DNA from: Phoronis australis
Taxonomy: Eukaryota; Animalia; Phoronida
Direction of reading: 5' to 3'
Assembly: GCA_002633005.1 (NCBI GenBank)
Contig: NMRA01000225.1
Coordinates: 303,297-367,296, forward strand
Length of the DNA: 64,000 nucleotides
The notes below the pieces were generated by a model, which worked only from the letters and a program-made list of their open reading frames with translations, did not search any database and was not told where the DNA came from. Shown here one piece after another: positions 37,901 to 49,731 of the stretch (position 1 is the first letter of the stretch; each line of letters starts with the position of its first letter). The position numbers and the translations under genes are program-made.

Positions 37901-40900
37901 TTCCAAATATACTTTAAAGTAATACAGTTGCAGTAGTATAAATAACACTCAACATGCAATCAGACCCTAAACGTAACATCTGGTACAATACTGTTAATTA
38001 TGACACTTCTGTCTCAGTTTTCATTTGCTAAATATTATATCGTCTGCAACTCAGGCATCGATTCCTCAGTTATAAAAACTGCTAGTTTAAGACAATGCAC
38101 TTGTACAGGTATAGCAACTTGCATCCACTGCATTACTTCCAATACAGATGCATCAGCCTAACAACTGCAGATACAGAAATAAATATAAAAAACAAATTGC
38201 AAAGTGGTTAACACAAAATTCAAAATGGTATAAAATGCATTATGTATCATGTAAATTCCAATTGAAAACATTGAACTTACTGCTTTATCCGGATACATCT
38301 CCACTAACTTGTGAGCAAGGTAAAACAATTCTGAAACAAATTCAGCCAAATCATGACCAGTAGACCGACTGGCAGAAAATGATGGTGACAATGAGAACGT
38401 CTTTCAGCATAGTAATAGACACATAAAATGATAGCTGGGTCAAGATCAAATTTCCAACTTCAAATGGAAAGAATTTAAGTTTGCAACAGTGACTACAGCT
38501 TCAGAACAAATTATTGAACATAATTTTTCCAAGAGCGTAATAATGTAACGCTACAAACTGTGACTTGCCAGTCCCATAAAACCTCTGAATGGACTTCTAA
38601 TACACTTTTAGCTACATTTAATAATGGCACAGCATGAGAAAATTAACCCAATGTCTTCTAAAAAAGTATGAACTCTATTATTGAATGGAAAACAATGTGT
38701 TCATGTGTGACAATTGACCTCTATACTACTAAGTAAATTTCTGAATATAAAGACTTGAAAATCAAAGTATGAAGGCTGGGTCAACTTTCAAATGCACGTG
38801 TATACCTGTGCTGAAATAAAGAAACTGCACTTACCATTTGACTTTTCTAAGTGGACTAGTAGGGCTATATGTAGGGGAAGACATTGACTGTTGTATGGAT
38901 CTTTGTCCAGAACACTGGAAGATAATTTGAAGAGTTGTATATGCTATTACCTTATCATTTAGACATGGTGTGCAGTGATATCAGTAGGGTCTCACAATGA
39001 GCAGTAATCCCTGAGAGTGCTACACTATATCTACTCAACACATGCACTGTAGTTAGAGGGGGAAGACAAGCCAAATTTTCTGGCATACGTTATTGACTAT
39101 CACAAATTGCCCAGCACATTTACGTATTTCAGTGTTCATAAATATGACCCTTAGGAGTTGGTGCTTGTCAGCATCTAGTAATTTGCTTCAATCTGGTTCC
39201 CACTTCACAGAGTACACACAATGACTGACTCAAGATGGAACGCAGTCTGAGCAACTTCTAAAGAAAGGTGCATGAAACTAATAGTACACCAACTACATCA
39301 AGGTTGCATGGATACCATTGTCAGGGGAACACTTGTGAACATAAAACTACATGTAGGATACCAGACGAATTGCATATTCAGTGAAAATAAAAGTTCAACA
39401 ACATAAATGCCTACCCGATGCCAATATCAATGTAATGTTGCTCATGTGGCAAGCAAGATTTTAAATCTCCATAAAGTGGTAAAACCAACAACAGGAAGAT
39501 GCTTATGAACAGTTCCTTTCTGAGTAGTAGTGAATACATACAGTGATGTTATTCTGAATGCCTCCCTGAAGTCAATGTTATAGTAATGCCTCTCGGCCAA
39601 AGACACTATCACATCTAGGTTCTCACTCAAGGCTTCTAAGGTAGGTGGCAGCACACTGTCACCAGGCTTGTTGTACTGTAAGACAAAGTGTCATTCTACA
39701 TAAATGTGATCGGTGTGATTTGTACATTTGATCAATTTGTGTGCAACTACTGTATCATATTTCAATGACGCATTCTGCAATTAAGTCACACAACCTGGAT
39801 TTAACTACAACTCTTCTATTTCGCAGAAGAAAAAACGCACTGTTTTTAAAACGGAGGGCCGTTTACACACTTTTGACTTGAGTCAGACATGTAAGGAACG
39901 ATTTCTTACACATCGCTCAGCTTTTTAAATTTTTATGTCAACATTGCAAAGAACTATGCATCAGGGATCTGTTTCATGAAAGTGACTAAAAATTTAACAC
40001 AGAAACTTGGTCTCATGATCCCAATCCACAGTTTTGAAAAGAAACACTCCAAAGAAAAAATGACAGTGGCAATAATGAAATGTTACAATTCAGTGATATA
40101 AACATCTCACAAATTAACACGTTAGAAAATACGAAGTAATTTTCCTTCATTATTTGTGCTTGAATTTTATTAAAGACTACACTGATTTATGCAACACAAA
40201 AACATACTGTCCTGAAATGTGTAAAATTTGTATCATTTAATAATCCACAAATGAATTCCTAGGATTCAGAGAAAGTCTTACCAAGTGCTACCAAAAACTA
40301 TGACAGAATTACCTTTTTAAGCCTATCTTGATATAAAAACTGTATTAGTTCCACTTCTTTCGAGTCTGTGCACTGTTTGTCAACAGGAAGTGACTGTAGC
40401 AACTCCCGCTCTAGTAACAAGAACAGAAATGATGAACACAACTGATTCATCAGCAACCATATACTTAACACTGTCTTGAACCAAGAAGACATTACCAGGA
40501 AGGGACGATTATTTTTGTGCATCTTAATGCGCTTTTAAATATGATTTAAAAACGAACTGTACAAGTTGTCAACAATCTGAGAATTGTAATAGAACTCATT
40601 ACATACAAGATGACACTGGTTTGATCTCCAAAAACCATAAATTAGTGCTTTGAGTATGTGGGGCTTGGAATGACCAATGACAAAAAACAGAAAAAATTTC
40701 CATGTGATGTATTGTTCTACAAATAAATAGGCTCATGGGATAGAAACATTTCTGTGTTGTAAAATTTAACTCCAAAAAATAACGAAAAAAGGGATGAAAA
40801 AAGAGGAAACTGGAAATCAAATAAAAGAAAATTGAAACCAAGAAAGAAACCATCTTAAAAGAGGAAAATTCCAAGCCTTGAATATGACAAGTCCCCCTAC

Positions 40901-43900
40901 CACAACACGTTTTCCCTGGTGAAAGTGTGAAAATGTGGTTTTCAGGTGATTTCTTCATCACAACCATCCCCGACTTATCGTCTACACTGCACAGGTGCAA
41001 CAGAAAAGTGACGTTTTATCAATAAATTACTATCTTTTGAATAGGCTTCAGGCCCACCACAAATATTATAAGCACACTACAATATCATTATTAGGCCAAA
41101 CAAACTTAGGCAGTTTTCCAAAACTCTGAGTAACTTTTCTTCATCTGAATGGAGCTATATACACAAGTGTTGTACTTGGACGTATGTGTGGCAATTTCTG
41201 ATAGCATACATTCATGTCAATATCTCAAATTAAAAGCCATTTTTGTAAGTTATAAAACAAAGATAATGATAGCATTCTGTGGACAGACGTCTACTCTATT
41301 TCCAAAAATGGCTTTTGCGTGTGGATTTGCAAGACTAATATAGTCTCACCCGGCTAATACAGGGATGAGTTCCACAGACTCAAGACACTAGCCACGCATT
41401 TAAGGAGAGAAATCTTCCTTTATGATGCGGAATCAACAAATTCTATCCCATAACTCATGAATTGTATCCCATAATTCAACATTACAACCCCACCGACCAA
41501 TCACCAGTGGCTGCCAATTTACTAGGTTATGCTGTTAAGGATTTGAGCATACTCATGAAACACCTGCTTTTGACTGCGTGATTTCACAAGGTCTTGCATG
41601 ATCTTGCTTTTGCGTGAGATTCTTGTGTCTAAGGAACACAGACCTAATGCACATTCAACCTCAAACAATCACTACTGGAATTCTACCTTCAACAGGCTAC
41701 TCCTACCCAGGAACATGTCTTCAGTACTTAACACAGGTTAATGTTGACATACCTTCCTGAGCAGACATCATGTGATGTCCCACCAACAAGTCCAGTGCCT
41801 CATAACAGTAGACATCTTGACGGAGGGCTTCCCGGAAACACTCTGATGCAAGGTTACGATTGTCCATGGCCTCATAGATCTTTCCACGCAACAAATTCAC
41901 TGAGCTACTTAACTGAAAAAAGTGGCTAAAACTTAAAATGGGATCACACTTAAGTGAGTTCTAGAAGGTTGGACTGATTTCAAGGAATGTACTCATGATT
42001 GAAAAGTTTTAAGGATAAAAAAATCCCAATGGCTACTTTAGACGACAAGCTCAAAAATTTAGCCTAAGGAAGCTTATCCATCATGCCTCAATACAAACAC
42101 TGTACAATTCAGCGTTTGGATAAAAATGTAATATTTCTACCACAATTCTGCAGAGCTAACCAAGTACCTTCTCTCAGTAAGAGCTCACACATATGTACGA
42201 ATGCACGCACGCACACGCACGCACTGCACCCCTTGCTACAAACCCACGCTGACATTCTGAAGAGGTAAAAGGTCCTCCATTCCCACTCCTGACCTCCTCA
42301 CTTCAGTAACTGAGACTGACTCACATTCTGTAGAGGTATACTAAGGTCCTCCATCTCCACTCTTGACCATTGTCCAGGTGTCCTGGCCTGTCCAGTACTA
42401 TCCACTACGTCCAGTATGTCCAGCGCCTCCTGCCAGTCTTTACACTCATACTGTGAAAAGACATTTCATCACTTGGCGTCCCAATGAGATTTTACACAAA
42501 AACAGTTGAGTTGATACTTCATTGAACAATAATCACAATCATCACATTTAGTAAATCGGGAATTTAGACAGAAATGAAATTTGTTTGTGGAGTATTTTAC
42601 TGAAGTGGTGAACATTATATTGGAAAAGGCTTCCACAAATTTGAAAACAAATTAAGGTGAACAACTACAGAAAAAGTGACCAACTGCCAAAAATTGTCTC
42701 TGGAATTATAATCACGAGACTTTATCATTCAGTATTTCGTAGCTACGTGAAAACCATCAACACTTACGTGACACAGGGCTGCCAGATATCTACAGGCAAT
42801 GTGACCCTGCAAACAAAACACAACCGCCTTAAACTTCACATTCCACCACACTGACCAAACCATCAACTTTTCTATTTTAGTTCAATGTTCAATCTAGATT
42901 GAACTTGTCATAATGAAATAAGTTGCTTCAATCATGCAGGATACCTCATATTAAGTTTTACTGATGAACTCATGCTCATGAAGAGCTAAAGCTGTCATTT
43001 ATTATTTCATTACTAGGAACCTTAACATTTTTTAAGCTAATTTTATACCAGTTTATACTAATGGAGCAAAACTGTAAATCATCAGGATTAAAAAAAACAA
43101 GAGTTGTTACCTTGTCTAGTTTTCTACTCCGAATTAAGTGAGATGCCCTGTGATACTGCTTAGTCAAATATAGTGCTTGACCATACCAGTAAATGTCTTC
43201 CACGCTCTCTGTAGGACGAAACAACATGTTAACTTCAGAAGTGACGAGTACAAAATATTACACGAGGTACAAAAAATGAAAATAAAACAAGACACTTCTT
43301 TGCAAGAGCACAACAAACAATTGACATGAACAGACTACTTCAATATTAAATATAGATTTTCCCACTTTTCAGTGAAAATAACAAAAAATAGTTCAGAGCT
43401 AAGCATAACATAACATACAGACCTTTGCTAATTACATAGCATGAAACATAATAATATTACATTAGCATATCAGACGAAATGAAAACAGACAGCCGATGAA
43501 AACATTTTCGAGGGAAACTGCCCATTTTTAGAAGAATATGTAACAGACATGATCACGGAATAAATTTTACCATGGTTGGAACACAAGGGCGGAGTTTACT
43601 TCAAATTTTTCTCTTTATTTTTAGCCCTTTGGTTAAAACGGCGTAAACCAACAAAAAATACCATACTTACGATTCGACAGAGACACAACCTTGTCTGCCC
43701 AGTAGACTGCTGCTTCATAGTGGTGCTGGAAAGAAAGGGGGCCTTATGTTAACAATTAAATGGTCATTATGCAGTGCTAAATCTATATCAATCTATATCA
43801 GTTGTTATCAATTTGAGAGGAGCTGAATTCATCGCAGCCAAAAAAGAGAGTAGGTGGCCAGATTCCTTTTGTGGTACATCAGGCATGCCTAGGCTGCAAG

Positions 43901-45402
43901 GCAGGGCCCATTACACTGATCACCATTACAGCCTATTGAAGTATTTAAAAATGTTCATATAATTGGACCCTGTCCTTTGTCAGGAAAGCTTGAATCCAGA
44001 GAGTCTGGATACGGTCTCAGAGGTGAAAACTCACTCTATGTGAAACGCTTTAATACGATGACTTACGGGTGTAACTCAAATCTCCCATAAAGGTACTTTG
44101 CTGTGGAACTCATTGCCATCAGTAATGAGACAATGTACTACCTTAAATGAATTTGCCACTCTTGCTCATGATTTTTTCTCTGAGATCTGCTCTTGTGAAA
44201 ACTGCTACGGATGTCTACATGCTCCGTAACATGTATGTGTACTTTTGTACATATATTTATGTTCAAGTTCTGTATCTTCTCCGTACTGTAGAATTAGCTT
44301 GTATTTTAGTTCTGTATTTTCATTTTGTAGAATTTAAATTTGTCGGATAATAGCACTTGTGCTAACGTTTCAATGTTAAATCTAAACGACTTTTAAATAA
44401 AGATTACTACTACTACTACTACTACTAATACTACTACTACTACTACTAGCCTACCTATCACCTAGAAAACGTAGGACTTGTGGAACCCTTAATCTAATTA
44501 CATTATCTTGACAAGAGATCGTACATAAAACAATGTGTGGTCACACTTAAAGCAAGGTACGGTGACCTGTTCAACGAGACCTCCAGAAGTTATTTATTTA
44601 TTTCTAGACAGGATGAGTGCAAAATGTGGGAGTAAGCCAACACTCGCCTATTACAGCCAGAAGTGAAAAACAATGAACCACATATTCTTGCATCACAGTC
44701 TGGCTTTCATATCATAGAAAAGTTTGTTGTTAACTTTCATGCAAAGTCTTTTGGGAGATGACAGCTTTGCTGCAGCAAAATCTGCTCAGAAATGCAATTT
44801 GTTGACAATAAAATACTAAAAACGTAATTAAGTGAAACCAATTTCGATAACTTTGTGTGAGCTGTAAGCAACCTTATGGAAAAACTGAAACAAAGGTTGG
44901 CGAATCTTATGCATTCTTACCACTCCACAAGTTTAGCAACAGAATACGCGTACTGGAAAATTATAATCCTTTTTAGTAGTTAATAAGTTACTGACTGTTA
45001 TTGTTAACTGTTAACTTTATTTAATTCGAAGAGCGCAGTTTTAATGTCATTAATTTTGCATCAGGTTTTATCTAGCCAGTTCTTTACCAACATTGGTCCA
45101 AAGCAACAGTTGTGCATTATGACGAACATGTTTGGGGCACGTCTTTGTCTTTGACTTAGTCATTTTTATGTTTGACAGTTTGACACTTGACTACATCAAG
45201 TCCAAGATCAAGTGAAGTGTTAAAAAGCAAGGGCGAACGTGTGGCAACTTCATAGCGAGGGCACGTATAGTTTCTTTGAATACACGATTCCAAAAATTCA
45301 TAACAATACCTTGTCTATGTAGTTTCTGACAATACGGCGGAGTTTATCGAGAGGCAAAGCTTGTGTTTCTGCCACAGATTTTGGTTCAACTTCACCCGCC
45401 AT
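31942..45402 (-). CDS. CDC16: cell division cycle protein 16 homolog (APC/C subunit APC6), ~599 aa, 17 exons
   Basis: Exons (minus): 45402-45310, 43725-43671, 43208-43111, 42806-42768, 42450-42325, 41912-41753, 40410-40313, 39675-39542, 38914-38835, 38330-38281, 37609-37539, 37296-37171, 36157-36005, 35604-35491, 35130-34995, 34346-34256, 32117-31942. Total 1800 nt, phase-consistent. Motifs: YWADKV, LYLTKQYHRA, LFYLAHKLVEMYP, AWFAVGCYY, GPAWLAFGHSFATENEHDQAMAAYFTA, CHLPVLYVGLEY, WEPLLNNLGH. Confidence 0.96.
34003..34070. repeat. minisatellite, 21-bp unit x ~3
   Basis: attgatacatatg.g.tgtgt repeated. Confidence 0.8.
36969..37040 (-). mobile_element. tRNA-derived SINE head (degenerate) in a CDC16 intron
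   Basis: Minus strand GAGGCAGTGTGGCCTTGTGG (A-box-like) ... GGTTGTGAGTTTGAGTCCCACTG (B-box-like) at tRNA-like spacing; no intact cloverleaf. Confidence 0.55.
44396..44448 (+). repeat. (TAC)n microsatellite preceded by AATAAA, possible non-LTR retroelement 3' tail
   Basis: aataaagat(tac)n, about 14 units. Confidence 0.75.
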
Positions 45403-45586
45403 TTTGACCGGAAGTAAAGCATGCCAAGTAGTCCAATCAAGTAATGGATCTTACAAATGTTTGGTACGAACCGGAAGTGTTCTGTCACTTAAATTTCAAT
45501 TGGCCAATATTGTTGCTAACACAACCAGTAAGGTGCTTGTCGTAGCCTATATTATGATTTTTTAACTGAATTTTTGAACGAATTTG
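45403..45586. promoter_or_regulatory. compact bidirectional promoter for CDC16 / AKAP14-like, with a candidate non-coding AKAP14 exon 1 ending at 45586
   Basis: ETS/GABP sites ACCGGAAGT at 45407-45415 and 45470-45478. CCAAT at 45433 and palindromic ATTGGCCAAT at 45499-45508. Donor G|gtaagt at 45586/45587 can pair with acceptor ttttttccag at 46651. Confidence 0.65.
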
Positions 45587-46667
45587 GTAAGTCCGTACGC
45601 TTCACTAAGTGTTTCATGTAATCTGTTATTCTATTTTCCTACTTTCTGCACTGATTCATTGAAATCATGCGATTTAAAGTGTTATTTCTCAGTCACTGAT
45701 TTTGTTGATAGCGACTTTGAATGCTAGCTCCGACGGATCCGATGTGTGTGACTGAAAACTGGCCAAATATAACCTGCTACACTATCAATGTTATTAAACA
45801 TTACTCTCTTCCTTATGTAAACTAAATGGCTTAGGGGTGCCGAGAATTTATTTTGCTGTTCTACGCTACCTGGTGCGAGTGCTAAATTTGTGGAGCGATA
45901 ACTGCAATCTATAGGTGCTTGGGCTTCTACACTATGAACAGATGACTACTAGTACTACGTCACGTAGTTGCCCAATTTCTCTTTTTGCCGATTCTTCATT
46001 CAACTGTCCTTCCTTCACTTGGTTGCGTACACGTCACAACAAATTATCCGAGTTGGGTTCACTTTGTTATATTTTTTTGTTATTAAACACATCAGACAGT
46101 AGACCAGATTTCTGAGCAAAAATTTGCTTTGACATGGTTGTTACCGTCTCCCAAAAGATCTTGCAAAAATTTAGAAAATAGCAAGTGTGCGTGTCATGAG
46201 TATACTACAATTGTTTCTTTGTTATGTAAGACAGAGAATTATGCAAGAAAATAAGCTTGTTTTGACTTAAATGTCGACTGCCATTGCCACTGGCAATAGA
46301 ACGTGAGTGTCAATTGACCCCAGATTTTGCGCTCCCCTACCAATAGAAAATGAGCTTTTTCACTAAAATGTGGTCTGCAATGTGCAAGGTGAGTGTCGGT
46401 GAACTGAACCTCGAGATTTTGTATGCACCTCTACTTATTAACTGTACATGTTGACATGTTTCATGATGAGATGACGAGCAGAACTACTCAGGCAGTGTGA
46501 GATTTTTAGCTTCCTAGTTGTATTTTGTCGTTAGTCTTTATACAGCAATAACTGATTGGTAGGACCCAATGTATGTAATTTTCCTAAACGATAGCTGCAA
46601 AGCTTACTTTCAGTGCTAAATTTGTTACTCATTTCAATTCATTTTTTCCAGCTTGCTTAATTAAATC

Positions 46668-49600
46668 ATGTCAGAAAGAGAGCGTACACCCCCTGATGTG
46701 TATGCTGAGAGTGCACACGTACTTGTCAACCAAGTCATAGATGCCGCCCTTCACAAACTAATAGAAGAAGAGGGACTCCTAAAGGAAGGGTCTCTAGAGC
46801 GGTTAACAGCTGGAGACATCAGGAGGGAAGATACATATTATGCTGACCTGCCCAGAGAGGACTTTACAATAAAAAACATTGAATGGATGAACATTGGTGA
46901 CTTTAGTGTTGAATTAGCAGAAAAGAAACTTGATGAATTTGTACAGGTAGGGTACCACTAAGTGTTTCACTAGCTCAAGATCATTCACCTTATTTGTTAA
47001 TCTTCATTAGTTAAAAAGCTGGCAGGGATCCAACTCTTACAAGTTGTTTCTTCAGAGCATGATAAAATATCTGGACTTGGCTGTTTTAGGATGTGGAGGG
47101 GGTCTTTGCCCGATAAAGGCTTTAGAGAATTAATTCAGCCCACCCAGTCACGGCCAGTTCTCTGCCCTTGGTTGTCACAAATTTCATCCTTGGTAACACT
47201 CACTCCACCAGTCCACCCTCCTCCCCGTTGCTGCCAATTTAAGCCTCCAATGCCAACTACTTGTCCTCCCCTGCTACCGCCTATTTCACCCCCTCCTTGG
47301 TCACAACCAATTTCAATCTTCCTTCTATTTGTGTATTCCTGTACATTTTCATTAGATGTTCCAAAATTATTCTTGTTTTGGCCAAGTGTAGGGCCACTCC
47401 CCCTCCGCACCTAATACGCTCGTGTATGGAATCCTTGTTTTTGCCTTATGTAACAAATTGTCTTGAACTTATTGGTTGTCTCTGTACTTATTGGTTACGC
47501 TGCTTGATGGCTGTATGGACCCAAGGCCTTATAGCCATGCACTTGCATCAAAAACAATGAACGAATGTTTCCAATTGAAACAATCAACGAACTCTATTTG
47601 ATCCATTGTTTTATCATGTGTGATTAGGATTCCTAACTCACTAGAGGTATTAAAAACTAAAACAAAGGGATCCACTCAGAAAACGTGAACAAAAACAATG
47701 GAATTCAAAAGAGGGCACTGCAAAGGCTTTGAAATCAATGCTCAAGTTGTCAACTGGCTGGATTAACATTACTGTCTGCAGTTTGCTGGACTTAATTATG
47801 AGTGGTGGCTTTAACCAATGCTAATTACTTATAACTTACTTAAAATGATACGGTATACTAAGTAAAGTAAATGCTAAGAATTTTGAGTGAAGTGTCCTTG
47901 ATGGCATTCTTTATCAAGAAAAATAACACACAGCAGTCTTTGATTTTGTCAATACTGTACGATCATATAATCGAAAACCACAAAAAGGTGACGGTGTACA
48001 CTCTTTTGAGTGGAGTAATTCTTCTCTTTTTTCCACAAAATAAATATATTTCCACTTTAGCTGAGGTGTGTGAAAAAAACTGGATATACAAACTTCACGG
48101 ATGACACGTATGTGAAATTACTGGCGAGGAGAGGGAAGTTGTTGACATTTTCGAAACTAAATACCAACTTACTAATTTCAGACATGGGAGTACGACAAAG
48201 CCTGGCTGTACTGTATCGACTATTTGGGAGAGGACCAATGTGAGTACGACAATCGCTACAGGTACCGAGTAAGGTGGAGTATTCCAACGAGGAGGAAGCC
48301 AATCCCACGAGCTACAGCTTGTGTTTACTTCACATTTGAGGTGTCCAAGATCAAACCGAAGGTATGCGATACAGCTCATTCAAGGTGTAATTAGGTGCGT
48401 TTTATGGGAAATGAAATAAAATGTAATTAGAAGAGAAAAAGTTTGATAGCTGCTGAGTAAATTTTAAAAGCTTTTTATTTAGTTAATTATCAAAGAACAC
48501 TATATTTTCAATGGCACTAGAAATTATGAACTAACCTTATGTAAGGGTTTTTTTAATTTTCCACTTTTACAAAAATAGGACTATTACAATTTTTATGAAA
48601 AACTGCAGATTTTGCTTAAAACAGAACCTGGAAATGATAAATTAGAAAACTTTAACAGCATTTTTAAGAACAGCTGCATCAAACAAAATTTGGTCGCATT
48701 ATTGATATTGTTGTTTTGGTATGGATGTACCTTCATTTCTTGCATGGTCATGTGACCCAAATAGCAGATTGGTATGAAGTGAAAAATGAAATTCTACAAG
48801 ATTACCACTTTCAGAAAATATTCACTTTTAGTGATGGCGTTAAAATCTATAAATTTGTAGATATTTGGATAAATACACTGACAAGTTGATAAGGTCTTCA
48901 TGAACTTAACTTTATAGTCCACTCCATCATAACACCAAATTAGAAAGCACTTGAATGTGACTCTAGTCATTGAATGACTGCATGTAATTCTATTACAGAC
49001 TTACCCAGTAAACATTTTCTATGTGTTTGAAACAAACAGACTAGTTCACAGGTAAGTGTTCATTCATACACACAGCAATGATTAGACTTACTGTAAATTT
49101 TCAGTTGGTTTTCACAAAACGGAGTGACATAATCCCCACTTTCTATTTCCAATTTTGTTTATTAATACATAAATCAATGTTTTTTTCAAATTTGTTAAAC
49201 TTTAAGATCAGTCTAGATGACCTTTCCACAAAGTCTCAACTTATGTATGATGCTGCGTAGGCCATGATAAAATTGAAAATAGCGTTCATTTTTGCAGAAA
49301 CCAATTCCCTTTCTAGCTAAGCTGAGCCTAACAACAGTTTATGACTCTCTGATACTGAGCATGTACTAATCAGATAATGAGGTGCAAGATATTTGCCCTT
49401 CNCCCCCCCCCCCCCCCAGTGTGTGCAGAATGGTGTTGTAAAAAAGTACCTAAACATTCAGCCAAGTATTAAACAATGCAGCACATGTATTTTTGTACTG
49501 TGAATTATTGTATAAGTTTGGATAAGGGGTAATTTTTGTTTTGGAATCATCTACTGGTTACTCTCCCATAAGTCTTGCTTTATGGTCACTGTCAAGTTTG

Positions 49601-49731
49601 GTTGTGAGGTTGTCATTTTTAGTTTTTTCATGTTTGTCATTTTTAGGCCTGGAGAGACTCGATTTCGTGAAAAATGGTTGAAAGACATCATCGAGAACAA
49701 GTTTATAATGATGCAAGATGTTGACTTTTAA
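46668..49731 (+). CDS. AKAP14: A-kinase anchor protein 14-like (AKAP28 domain), 198 aa, 4 coding exons
   Basis: Exons 46668-46946, 48182-48361, 48999-49051 and 49647-49731, total 597 nt, phase-consistent. Amphipathic helix AHVLVNQVIDAA; IKNIEW..GDF; RYRVRWSIPTRRKPIPRATACVYF; NRLVHRPGETRFREKWLKDIIENK. AATAAA at 50046. Confidence 0.92.

Noticed and set aside
47091-47560. Cluster of Pro/Gly-rich ORFs in AKAP14 intron
   Set aside because: Low-complexity C-rich sequence, probably a retroelement 3' remnant; no splice or homology support.
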